This document shows positions 17,911 through 26,586 of a stretch of 64,000 nucleotides of DNA, piece after piece (the stretch's first letter is position 1; the number at the start of each line of letters is the position of its first letter). Under the pieces are notes generated by a model that saw nothing but the letters and a program-made list of their open reading frames with translations, was not told where the DNA came from and ran no database searches. This DNA is from Bacteroidota bacterium (GTDB lineage: Bacteria; Bacteroidota; Ignavibacteria; SZUA-365). A program made the translations under genes and the position numbers. Where the stretch lies: assembly GCA_003246455.1 (NCBI GenBank), contig QKAF01000079.1, forward strand, positions 399 through 64,398. Direction: 5' to 3'.

Positions 17911-20577
17911 TCATTGGGAGATCACAAACGGGCGCGTGACCTGCCGCGCGCCGCTTTCGGCACGCAGAAGATACAGGCCCGGAGCGAGACCGAGCGCCGC
18001 GGTGGGGAAACGCAGTGTGGAGAAAACGGAAGGCAGCCGGCCATCGAACAATTCGCCGCGCATTCTTCCCAGCAGATCATACACGCGGATCCGCACCGTC
18101 GACGGCGGCGATGAGAGCCGCAGCTCCAGCGGTTGTCCGGTGGCCAGCGGCTGCGGATACAGCGCGTCGACGGAGAAATCCGCGGCGACCGCAGCAGCCC
18201 CGCCAATGCCCAGAAGGATCGCCGTACCGTCCACACGAATGGAATTCGGCGATGTCGGCGCATCGGAGGTGATGACAATGTCGGCGCGCTTGATACCCAC
18301 CGAACTCGGGGTGAAACGGACCAGGAAGGGTTCGCTGCCGTCGCCGGGGATGCGCATGGGCAGGACCGCCTCGATCTCGAACTGGTCGGCATCCGCGCCG
18401 GCAAGCTGAATATCGGTCACGACGAGTTCGACACCCGAGGTGTTGCGGACACGGAGCTCCATTTCCTGTTTTCGCGTCGTCATGGTCGTGTCGAAATGCG
18501 CCGCCACGGGAATGGTGATCAGCGACGGCTCGGCGCCGATGCCCGAGAGCCGGCCTTCCTTCGGCAGATCCTCGGCATTGCTGAAAACGCGGATGGTCGC
18601 TTCCTTCGGCCCCGGCGCGAGAGGGGCAAACCGCAGCTTGAGCGCGGCAGACGTTCCTTCCGGCACCATCAGCGGCAGCGGCGGATTGTCTCCGAGAGAA
18701 AAGCGCTCGCGGTCGGTCCCGTCGATTTCTATGCTGGTCACGACCAGCATGCCGGTCCCGGTATTCTGAATCATCCCGTCGATGGCTTCCTCGTTCACCG
18801 CGCCCACTTTGGTGACGCGGAACTGATGGACGCTCTTGAGGCGCAGTCCGGGATTCGTGCCGAGACCGTGGAGGGGAATGATCACCGGGTCCTGCGGCGC
18901 ATCGCTGCTGATGCGCAGTTCCGATATTCGGTCGCCGGTGCCGGACGGGGTGAATGACAGCGCGATATCGATGCCTTCGCCCGGCTCAAGGATGGCAGGC
19001 AGCGCGAATGTCGGGGTGAAAATGAAATCTTGTGGATGGGTCGTGCCGGGATTGCTCGCGCGGCGCACGTTGGTGATCGTCAGCGGACGCGCCCCGTCAT
19101 TGGAGACGTGAACGGTGTCGGACACGGTCTCGCCCACCTTGAGGATGCCGAAATCGACGGAGTCGGGGTAGACGAGACGGGGCATCCAGGCGACGCGCTG
19201 CGCGTAGATGTCGGCCTGCCCGTCGAGGGTGCGTCCATCATACCAGCAGATCAGCGCATGGCCGACACCGCTTTCGATGATCTGGGGTGCGAGCTGGTTG
19301 TTGTCATGCGAAACGAGCAGCACGCCGCTGTGTCCGTTCCATTCCGGGTAGTTCGTCTGCCCCTGAGAGGAGATACGATTCATGTACAGATCGTAGTCGA
19401 AGCTGTTGCGCTTGTCCTGCCAGACGGCGAAGCCGCCCCCGAAGCCGTCGGAGATCATCGCCGGACGTTCCTGGGTGTTCGCGTAGTCGCACAGCGCGTT
19501 TCCGAAGTCGCCGACGATGACGCCGTCGGCCCGGATGCGCCGCATGTACACATCGCCTTCGCCCGCGCCGCTGCGGTAGTCGGTCCACACCGCGAGCGCG
19601 CCCTGCTGTCCGTCGTCGGTCAGCGCCATGCCGCTCTGCGCGTTCTCGGACTGCGAAACCTGGTAATCCTCGCCGTAGAGCCGATCGCCGTTCTCATCGA
19701 TGACCTGCAGGTACAGCGCCGAGGTCGAGGGGCCGAGACGGTAATCCTGCCAGAAGAACGCGACGGATTTGTCGCCGTACGGGATTACTTTCGGTGCGAC
19801 CTGCCGGTTGGCTTCCACGCAGACCGGAAGATCCTCGTTCCAGCCGGGCGTTCCGTCCGCAAGGATGTGCTGCGCGTAGATGTCGTCTTCGGTCCGCCGG
19901 TCCATCCACGCGATGTAGGCGCCGCCCGCCTGATCGGTCGCCAGCTGGGGGTAATTCTGGTCGCCCGTCGCAGTGGAAACCGCGACGCCGTCGGCGGACC
20001 ATAACGCCGTCCCCCCTGCAGTGATGCGCTGGGCGTAGATATCATTGTCGTTTCCCGACCGCTTGTCGTGCCAGGTCATGATCAGCCCGCCGTTTCCGTC
20101 GGCGATCATCTCGGCCCATTCCTGGCGTCCCGCTGCCCCGCAAACCGTCATCGGCACCGGGGACCAGACAGGAAGGCAGCTGCCGTCGATGCGCTGCAGG
20201 TAAAGATCGCCTCCGTTGCCCTCGCGATCCCACCATCCGACGAACGCACCGCCCGCACCGTCGCTGATAATGCCCGCGAGCCGCTGGCCGCTGCGCGCCG
20301 GAGCGATTTCTACGCCGTCATGCTGCAGCGGGACGCTTCCGTCAGGGAGAATGCGCGCGCCGTAAATCGCGGCGTCGGAACCGCCCCGCATGTCCTCCCA
20401 GACGATGATCGCGCCTTCGGCACCATCGGTGACCATGCGGGGATTCCTCTGCCAGCCGTCCGCCGTGCAGACCGGGACCCCGGTACTGTCCCAGAGCAGC
20501 ACCTGCCCGTGCACGGGAACCAGGCCTGCGAACAGAATTCCGAGAGAAAACACGATATGACGAAGGGAGGAGCGCAT
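17911..20577 (-). CDS. Secreted repeat (propeller-like) protein with three choice-of-anchor D/ASH Ig domains and T9SS C-terminal domain
   Basis: About 8 WxDxR..D(I/L)YxQRI repeats, 3x N.G...L.IT...F.P...G...I.S(D/N)A, C-terminal YPQP..YDLLGR..APGLYLLR. Start MRSSLRH gives a signal peptide. Confidence 0.82.
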   Translation of the reverse strand: MRSSLRHIVFSLGILFAGLVPVHGQVLLWDSTGVPVCTADGWQRNPRMVTDGAEGAIIVWEDMRGGSDAAIYGARILPDGSVPLQHDGVEIAPARSGQRLAGIISDGAGGAFVGWWDREGNGGDLYLQRIDGSCLPVWSPVPMTVCGAAGRQEWAEMIADGNGGLIMTWHDKRSGNDNDIYAQRITAGGTALWSADGVAVSTATGDQNYPQLATDQAGGAYIAWMDRRTEDDIYAQHILADGTPGWNEDLPVCVEANRQVAPKVIPYGDKSVAFFWQDYRLGPSTSALYLQVIDENGDRLYGEDYQVSQSENAQSGMALTDDGQQGALAVWTDYRSGAGEGDVYMRRIRADGVIVGDFGNALCDYANTQERPAMISDGFGGGFAVWQDKRNSFDYDLYMNRISSQGQTNYPEWNGHSGVLLVSHDNNQLAPQIIESGVGHALICWYDGRTLDGQADIYAQRVAWMPRLVYPDSVDFGILKVGETVSDTVHVSNDGARPLTITNVRRASNPGTTHPQDFIFTPTFALPAILEPGEGIDIALSFTPSGTGDRISELRISSDAPQDPVIIPLHGLGTNPGLRLKSVHQFRVTKVGAVNEEAIDGMIQNTGTGMLVVTSIEIDGTDRERFSLGDNPPLPLMVPEGTSAALKLRFAPLAPGPKEATIRVFSNAEDLPKEGRLSGIGAEPSLITIPVAAHFDTTMTTRKQEMELRVRNTSGVELVVTDIQLAGADADQFEIEAVLPMRIPGDGSEPFLVRFTPSSVGIKRADIVITSDAPTSPNSIRVDGTAILLGIGGAAAVAADFSVDALYPQPLATGQPLELRLSSPPSTVRIRVYDLLGRMRGELFDGRLPSVFSTLRFPTAALGLAPGLYLLRAESGARQVTRPFVISQ

Positions 20578-20718
20578 GACGATGCCCGTGAATTGCAATG
20601 GTTCAGATGCCGGAACAGGCTCCGGAGCGATGAGATGGAAAACGGTGATCGAAGATAGAAAGTATCTGATTTGCGCCGCTTTTTCAAGCACAGGAGGCGA
20701 AAACGGTATGGAAAGGCC

Positions 20719-20758
20719 AAAAAAAGATCCCGGCCAGAGGAGGGGAACCGGGATCTTT
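20719..20758 (-). terminator. Intrinsic terminator with CU-rich loop
   Basis: On - strand AAAGATCCCGG-ttcccctcctctgg-CCGGGATCTTTTTTT. Confidence 0.75.
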
Positions 20759-20885
20759 AAACAGGAAGGGAAACGAGGGACTTTTCGAGAGGTGCCGTTA
20801 CTTGAGCCTTTTTCTCAGGAAGGGTATTGAGTCTATCCATCATTGTGAAGAAGGGGTCCGCTCGCTTCGCACTTCCTAGTTTCTT
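20719..20885 (-). ncRNA. Candidate sRNA or small-ORF transcript
   Basis: Terminator with no large gene feeding it, repeated CCCUUC/CCCUC motifs, 28-aa ORF at 20843-20757. Confidence 0.35.
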
Positions 20886-21042
20886 AACGCTTTATGTTAC
20901 GAAATAGTTACCCGTCATGCAGGTATTTCAAGGTCAAAATTTCATGCATGCACGGCGATGAGGATGAATTGCGTATGTTAGGGAAAAGCGCCGTTCCCGA
21001 CCAGAATCCGTCACGAACGCACGATTCCAGGAGAATATCACC

Positions 21043-21861
21043 ATGTCGGTTCTTATTACCCCCAACACGCTGTTACGGGAGCACGCGCAGGTGCTTCTGC
21101 TGGATTGCCGCTTCGACCTCGCGCAGCCGATGGACGGACGGCGGCGTTTCGCCGAAGGACACCTCCCCGGCGCGCAGTACGTGTCGCTGGACGATGATCT
21201 GACGGCGGCGCTCGGGGAGCACGGCGGCAGACACCCGCTGCCCGCGGTGGAAGCAATGCAGGCGCTGTTCGGACGGCTCGGCATTGAAAGAGGATCTACC
21301 GCCGTGGTGGCGTACGACGACGAAGGCGGCTGCTACGCGGCACGCGTGTGGTGGATGCTCATGTACTGCGGTCACGAGAATGTGCGCGTGCTGGACGGCG
21401 GCTTCTCCGCATGGAAGGAAGCGGGCGGCGCTGTGACGACGGAAATATCGGTGGCGGATCCCACGGTTTTTCATGCGGAGCTTCAGCCGGGAATGCGGGC
21501 ATCGATGCAGGATGTGCGCGAACGCACGTCGTCCGAAATCCTTTTCGACTGCCGGGCGCCGGAGCGCTATTCCGGCAGCGAGGAAACCATCGACATCAAG
21601 GCCGGACACATCCCGGGAGCGATCAACGTGCCATGGCGTGACCTTGTCGCCGGGACAGGCCGTTTCGTGGATATGGGGCGCATGGCCGACGCGCTGGCCG
21701 TGGCGGACGGCCGAAGCATTTTCTACTGCGGTTCGGGCGTGACCGCCTGCGTCAACGTGCTTGCCGCGGTGCATGCGGGATTCGATCTTCCCCGGCTCTA
21801 CGCCGGCAGCTGGAGCGACTGGATCAGCTACGAAGAAAATCCGATCGCCACGGGAAGCTGA
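21043..21861 (+). CDS. Two-domain rhodanese/3-mercaptopyruvate sulfurtransferase (SseA-like)
   Basis: GHLPGA, GRHPLP, AARVWW, GHIPGAIN, YCGSGVTAC, LYAGSWSDW. Confidence 0.92.
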   Translation: MSVLITPNTLLREHAQVLLLDCRFDLAQPMDGRRRFAEGHLPGAQYVSLDDDLTAALGEHGGRHPLPAVEAMQALFGRLGIERGSTAVVAYDDEGGCYAARVWWMLMYCGHENVRVLDGGFSAWKEAGGAVTTEISVADPTVFHAELQPGMRASMQDVRERTSSEILFDCRAPERYSGSEETIDIKAGHIPGAINVPWRDLVAGTGRFVDMGRMADALAVADGRSIFYCGSGVTACVNVLAAVHAGFDLPRLYAGSWSDWISYEENPIATGS

Positions 21862-21882
21862 TCCCCGGGCGCGCGCGAAACG

Positions 21883-21928
21883 AAAACCCCGTCCCGCGCG
21901 GTATCCGCAGGGGACGGGGTTCGTGTTT
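21883..21928. terminator. Hairpin between convergent genes
   Basis: AACCCCGTCCC...GGGACGGGGTT stem. Confidence 0.6.
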
Positions 21929-21946
21929 CCGTTCAGCCGCGCGTGC

Positions 21947-24664
21947 TTATTTCTCGGCGGCTTTCACGAGCGCTTCGAGTTCCTTCTTCAGCCGGTCGAT
22001 CTCCTGCCCGTACCGGGCCCAGTCGCCGCCGCGCTGCGCGCTGATGGCATTGTTGAAGATCTTCATCGCGGAACGGGAGAGTTCGCGGATACCTTCCGCG
22101 GGCGGTTCGGGTGTCCCGAAGGCGGCACCCGCGGCGTCGGCGGTCTCCGCTTCCTCGCCGCTGCGCGCACGGAATACCTGACGCAGGCTTTCCTCGAGCG
22201 TCGTTTCCATGGCGAGGCGGTTGTGATACGCGACGATGACCCGCTTGAGTTCGGGCAGCTTGCCCGACGTCGCCTGCAGGTACACCGGCTGCACGTACAT
22301 GACTTCCTCCCGGATGGGGATGACCAGGAGGTTGCCGCGGTACACGCTTGATCCCTGCTGATTCCACAGCGTGAGCTGCTGGGAAATGACGGGGTCCTGG
22401 TCGATGCGCGCCGCGACCTGCATCGGACCGTACACCTGTTCCTTCTTCGGGAACTTGTACACCAGCATTTTCCCGTAGTTGTCTCCGTCGCTGCGCGCGC
22501 AGAGCCAGGCGATCATGTTGTCGCGCTTGTTCGGGGTATAGGGAATCATCTGGATGAATTCCTCGTGCGGCTCGCCCGGGAGACGCATGATGGCGTAATA
22601 GCTTTCCATCTGGACGACGTTGTCCTGGAGTTTCTCGTTCGCGATGTTCCACAGATCTTCCTTGTTATAGAAGACCTGCGGGTCCTCCATGTGGTAGGTC
22701 GAGTAGATCTCGGACTGCACGTCGAAGAGGTCCTGCGGATAGCGGATATGCGCGCGAAGATTTTCCGGCAGCTCGGACTGGTCGCGGAACAGGTCGGGGA
22801 AAATACGCCGGTACACGCGCACCATGGGATCCTTGTCCGCATTGAACAGATAGAAATTGGTTTCGCCGTTGTAGGCGTCGATGACGATTTTGACGGAATT
22901 ACGGATATAGTTGAAATCCGCCGCCGGTTTGGAGTACGGGAAATTGCTGCTGGTGGTGTATGCATCGTAGATCCAGTAGAGCCGCCCGTCGGCCACGACG
23001 AGATACGGATCCTGGTCGAAAGTCAGGAACGGCGCGATCTTCCGTACCCGTTCGTGAATATTGCGGTAATACAGCACCTTGCTTTCCGGAGCGATGTATC
23101 CGGAAATAAGCATGTTCATGTCGCTGAAATGCATCGCGAAGATGAGGCGGCGCAGAAACGAACCCACGCTGACCCCCGAATTCTCCTGGTATTTCGTCAT
23201 CTGGTTGATGTCGCCGAGCGGGTAGTCGAACTCCTCGATGTTGCCGTTGACGATGACCCGGTTGTCGGTTTCTTCCCCGTAGTAGATTTCCGGACGCGTG
23301 ACGGTCATCCCGTGTTCGGAAACAGGCGGGATGTCCTTGATGAAGAATTCCGGGAGCCCTTCCTCGGTCACGACGTTCACCGGACTCATACCCAGGCCGT
23401 AGCCGTGCGTATAGACGAGGTTCGTATTGACCCAGGTCTGCGCGTTCGCCGGCAGTTTGTTTCGGTCGAGCTCGCGTGCGCTGAGCATCACCTGCCGGAA
23501 GCTGCCGTCAGGCAGACGATAGCGGTCGATGTCCACGTCCGGGAAGGTGTAATAGAGACGGATGACCTGCAGCTGATCGAGGGTGCTGGCCAGCGGACGG
23601 TAGTCCCAGAGCATGATGTTGCGAATCGTCGCGCTGTCGGCCACGATATGTTCGAAATCGAGCCCGTACTGCGGATCGATCGGTTTTTCCTCGATGCGGT
23701 TGAGGTCGTAGGCGTGCCGGGTGAACGTCACGTTGTTCTCGATAAAGGGAAGTTCCTTGCTCTGTTCGTTCGGATTGACCACGAATTTCTGGATCAGGGC
23801 CGGGTACACCGTGCCCGCCACGATGGCGATGACCACGAAACCGACGGCGACTTTTGCGAGCAGCTTGAAGCTGCGCGAGAAGAGCGCGTACACGACGGTG
23901 ATTCCCGTGAGCAGGGAGACGATCGTCATGATCCATGCGGCGGGGAGCTGCGCGTTGACGTCGGTGTACCCCGCGCCGAAGAAGCTGGCGGAACGCGCGG
24001 TGGACAGGATGTCGTAGCGTCCGAGCCAGTAGCTCGCGGCGATCAGCAGCATGAGGACCCCGAGGAGGATGGCGATGTGCTTGCGCGCTACCGCCGATAT
24101 CGAGATGCGTCCGACCGCGAAGCTCACGCCCTGCCGCACCACGTACACGACGATCGTCGCGATGAGGATCAAAACGACGCAGCCGATGAGCCAGGCTTTT
24201 ATGGTGTTGATGAAGGGAAGCTCGAAGAGGTAGAATGAAACGTCGTTCCCGAAAATCGGGTCCGCGAGGCGGAACGCTTCGCTGTTTCTGAATTCGAGCA
24301 TCTGCATCCAGTTGGCAGAGAGCATCCCCGCCATGATGAAGCCGAGAAAGATCGAACCGCCGTAGGCGAGCCAGCGGATGGCTTTCTGGAAACCCTCGAC
24401 GAATTTCTGCAGCCGCGGATCAACGGTCAGGTTGGATTCCGACCGAAGCGCGATACTCAGGTTGAGGTTCATGGCGATCAGGAAAAACACGAAGCCCACG
24501 ATCCAGAGCGTGTACTGCGCGCTGTAGCTTTTCCAGAATACCTCCGTGTAGCCGACGCTGTCGAACCACCACATGTCGGTGACGAAGGAGGAGATCAGGC
24601 CGAGCAGAATCATGAGGCCGATGAAGACGGCGACGACGATGCCGAGCGTACGTCTGATTTTCAT
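21947..24664 (-). CDS. UPF0182 family membrane protein
   Basis: WWFDSVGY, DPIFGNDVSFYLFELP, GAGYTDVNA, YTHGYG, DAYTTS, NYIRNSVK, RGNLLVIP. Confidence 0.93.
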   Translation of the reverse strand: MKIRRTLGIVVAVFIGLMILLGLISSFVTDMWWFDSVGYTEVFWKSYSAQYTLWIVGFVFFLIAMNLNLSIALRSESNLTVDPRLQKFVEGFQKAIRWLAYGGSIFLGFIMAGMLSANWMQMLEFRNSEAFRLADPIFGNDVSFYLFELPFINTIKAWLIGCVVLILIATIVVYVVRQGVSFAVGRISISAVARKHIAILLGVLMLLIAASYWLGRYDILSTARSASFFGAGYTDVNAQLPAAWIMTIVSLLTGITVVYALFSRSFKLLAKVAVGFVVIAIVAGTVYPALIQKFVVNPNEQSKELPFIENNVTFTRHAYDLNRIEEKPIDPQYGLDFEHIVADSATIRNIMLWDYRPLASTLDQLQVIRLYYTFPDVDIDRYRLPDGSFRQVMLSARELDRNKLPANAQTWVNTNLVYTHGYGLGMSPVNVVTEEGLPEFFIKDIPPVSEHGMTVTRPEIYYGEETDNRVIVNGNIEEFDYPLGDINQMTKYQENSGVSVGSFLRRLIFAMHFSDMNMLISGYIAPESKVLYYRNIHERVRKIAPFLTFDQDPYLVVADGRLYWIYDAYTTSSNFPYSKPAADFNYIRNSVKIVIDAYNGETNFYLFNADKDPMVRVYRRIFPDLFRDQSELPENLRAHIRYPQDLFDVQSEIYSTYHMEDPQVFYNKEDLWNIANEKLQDNVVQMESYYAIMRLPGEPHEEFIQMIPYTPNKRDNMIAWLCARSDGDNYGKMLVYKFPKKEQVYGPMQVAARIDQDPVISQQLTLWNQQGSSVYRGNLLVIPIREEVMYVQPVYLQATSGKLPELKRVIVAYHNRLAMETTLEESLRQVFRARSGEEAETADAAGAAFGTPEPPAEGIRELSRSAMKIFNNAISAQRGGDWARYGQEIDRLKKELEALVKAAEK

Positions 24665-24774
24665 AGCTGTTTCCGATGTTGGAGATACTTGTCCTGAAAT
24701 CTAGCAGTTCGCGGACGCAAAGGCAAAGAAATCCGCCCGCGGCCGGCGAACAGGCCGATGCGGGCCGAAATCCA

Positions 24775-24803
24775 TTGTTTCTCATCATCCCGGTGCATAG
24801 AAT
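24775..24803 (+). promoter_or_regulatory. Sigma70-like promoter, probably leaderless
   Basis: TTGTTT-N17-TAGAAT, ATG 6 nt downstream. Confidence 0.5.
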
Positions 24804-24809
24804 GCGATA

Positions 24810-26435
24810 ATGATTCTGAATCGATTCGCATACGGGCTCGTTTTCGCTGCCGCGCTGCTTTGTTCCGCAATGGTACACGCACAGGGCTATCCAAATTCAC
24901 CGGTGTTCCGCGGATACCGCTCCGAGGAAGGGGGATCGGGCAGCCGCAATGACGGTCTGCGCCGGCAGATCAACGTTTTTCTGCTCGAACGGGACGCGGC
25001 GAACGGCGATCCCCTCGCGCAGCATGAGCTCGCCGTGCGTCTGCTCACCGGCAGGGGAATCGCCGCAGATACCCCGAAAAGCGCATACTGGATGCAGAAA
25101 GCGGCGGCACAGGAGCTGCCTCCGGCGATGTACAATTACGCACTGCTCCTCAACAACGGGAGAGGAGTCGAGTGGAACCCGTTCAAGGCCTATCGCCTCT
25201 TTCGCGCTGCGGCCGAAAAAGGCATGACCGAGGCGCGCCACGTCACGGGAATCTTCTTCACCGACGGCCTGGTCGTGCCGCAGAACTGGGACAGTGCATG
25301 GGTATGGATCTCGGGAGCCGCGAAAGCAGGATATGAACCGGCGATCCGGGCGAAAAAGGAAATCCTCGCGAGAGGACTGGTCCGCCTGCGGGCTGATTCG
25401 ACGCTCGACGATTCTGGGCACGCATCCGCGGTCAGCGGGGGGACGGATGCCGACGAATCGGCAGGGAGCGAAGCAGGCGAAGCCGCGGGAACCTCGAACG
25501 GCACCCTCGGCAGCCGCGCCGGACACGTTCTGGGTGCATGGTCGCTGCTCTTTCTGGACTTCGACAGGGAGAAAACGCCGACGGCGGTGTCGACGGAAAA
25601 CCTGTTCGAGGAATTCCTCGCTTCCTGCAGTTTCACGGCGGCGGACTCGACGCTGTTCGCCACTCTTCTCGAGGACGCTGCGGACACCGCCGCCTGGCAC
25701 CGGCTGACAGAAATGGCTGCGTGGGGCAATCCCGAAGCGCTCGCGCTGCTCGGACGCTTCTATGACGAAGGACGGCATGTCGATCGCGATCGCATGACGG
25801 CGGCGGTGCTGTTTGTCAGCGGGATCTATCTCGAATCGCCGCGCGCGCCCGCACTGCTCATGCAGCTGCTGCGGGAATCCGATCTCCCGTCGCGTCTCCC
25901 GGACCGCGCCTGGGGCGGCGACCCGCGCGCGCAGTACGTGTGGGCATCCCTGAAGGCGATGGACCTCGACACGCGGCTTTCCGATGCAGAGGCCTTCAAT
26001 CTGCTCGGCCGCGCAGCCGCGAGCGGATTCCCGGCCGCCATCGTTCAGGCGGGGATATGCCACGCCACGGGACGCTGGGTCAAAGAGGACATGGGAAAGG
26101 CCGAAGCGCTCTGGGCGCGGGCCGCGGCGATGGGAATGGAAGAAGCGCGCCTTCGGCTCGCCGCCGCGTCGATCCTCGGCCAGGGGAAGGCGATGACACT
26201 GCCCGATGCGCTTCTGACGCTGGAAGACGGCGCACGGCAGGGATCGCTGATCGCGCAGGTTGCGCTCGCCTCCAGTTATGAGCGTGGGGTCGGCCGCTCC
26301 GTCGACACCGGCGAAGCCGCCCGCCGGTACCATGAGTGCGCGGTGCGCGGAAGCCGGACGGGATGGCGATCCCTCAAACGCATGTACGACGAGCGGCGGC
26401 CGTACGAAGCGATGTTTCGCGTGAACGGGGACTGA
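24810..26435 (+). CDS. Secreted Sel1-like repeat protein
   Basis: Signal peptide; multiple A..G...A...L....G.G...D...A..W...AA repeats in two clusters. Confidence 0.88.
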   Translation: MILNRFAYGLVFAAALLCSAMVHAQGYPNSPVFRGYRSEEGGSGSRNDGLRRQINVFLLERDAANGDPLAQHELAVRLLTGRGIAADTPKSAYWMQKAAAQELPPAMYNYALLLNNGRGVEWNPFKAYRLFRAAAEKGMTEARHVTGIFFTDGLVVPQNWDSAWVWISGAAKAGYEPAIRAKKEILARGLVRLRADSTLDDSGHASAVSGGTDADESAGSEAGEAAGTSNGTLGSRAGHVLGAWSLLFLDFDREKTPTAVSTENLFEEFLASCSFTAADSTLFATLLEDAADTAAWHRLTEMAAWGNPEALALLGRFYDEGRHVDRDRMTAAVLFVSGIYLESPRAPALLMQLLRESDLPSRLPDRAWGGDPRAQYVWASLKAMDLDTRLSDAEAFNLLGRAAASGFPAAIVQAGICHATGRWVKEDMGKAEALWARAAAMGMEEARLRLAAASILGQGKAMTLPDALLTLEDGARQGSLIAQVALASSYERGVGRSVDTGEAARRYHECAVRGSRTGWRSLKRMYDERRPYEAMFRVNGD

Positions 26436-26586
26436 TCCGCACCCAGCCGGAATTCACAGCGACCGCCCGGCGCCGGTGACGAGCATAGCGTCCGAACGTC
26501 TCGATATTCATGACAGCTTCGTTTTATTTATCATGGCTTTCCAGTATAATGCCTGCTGACGAAACCACCTCCCCCACCTGATTCAG

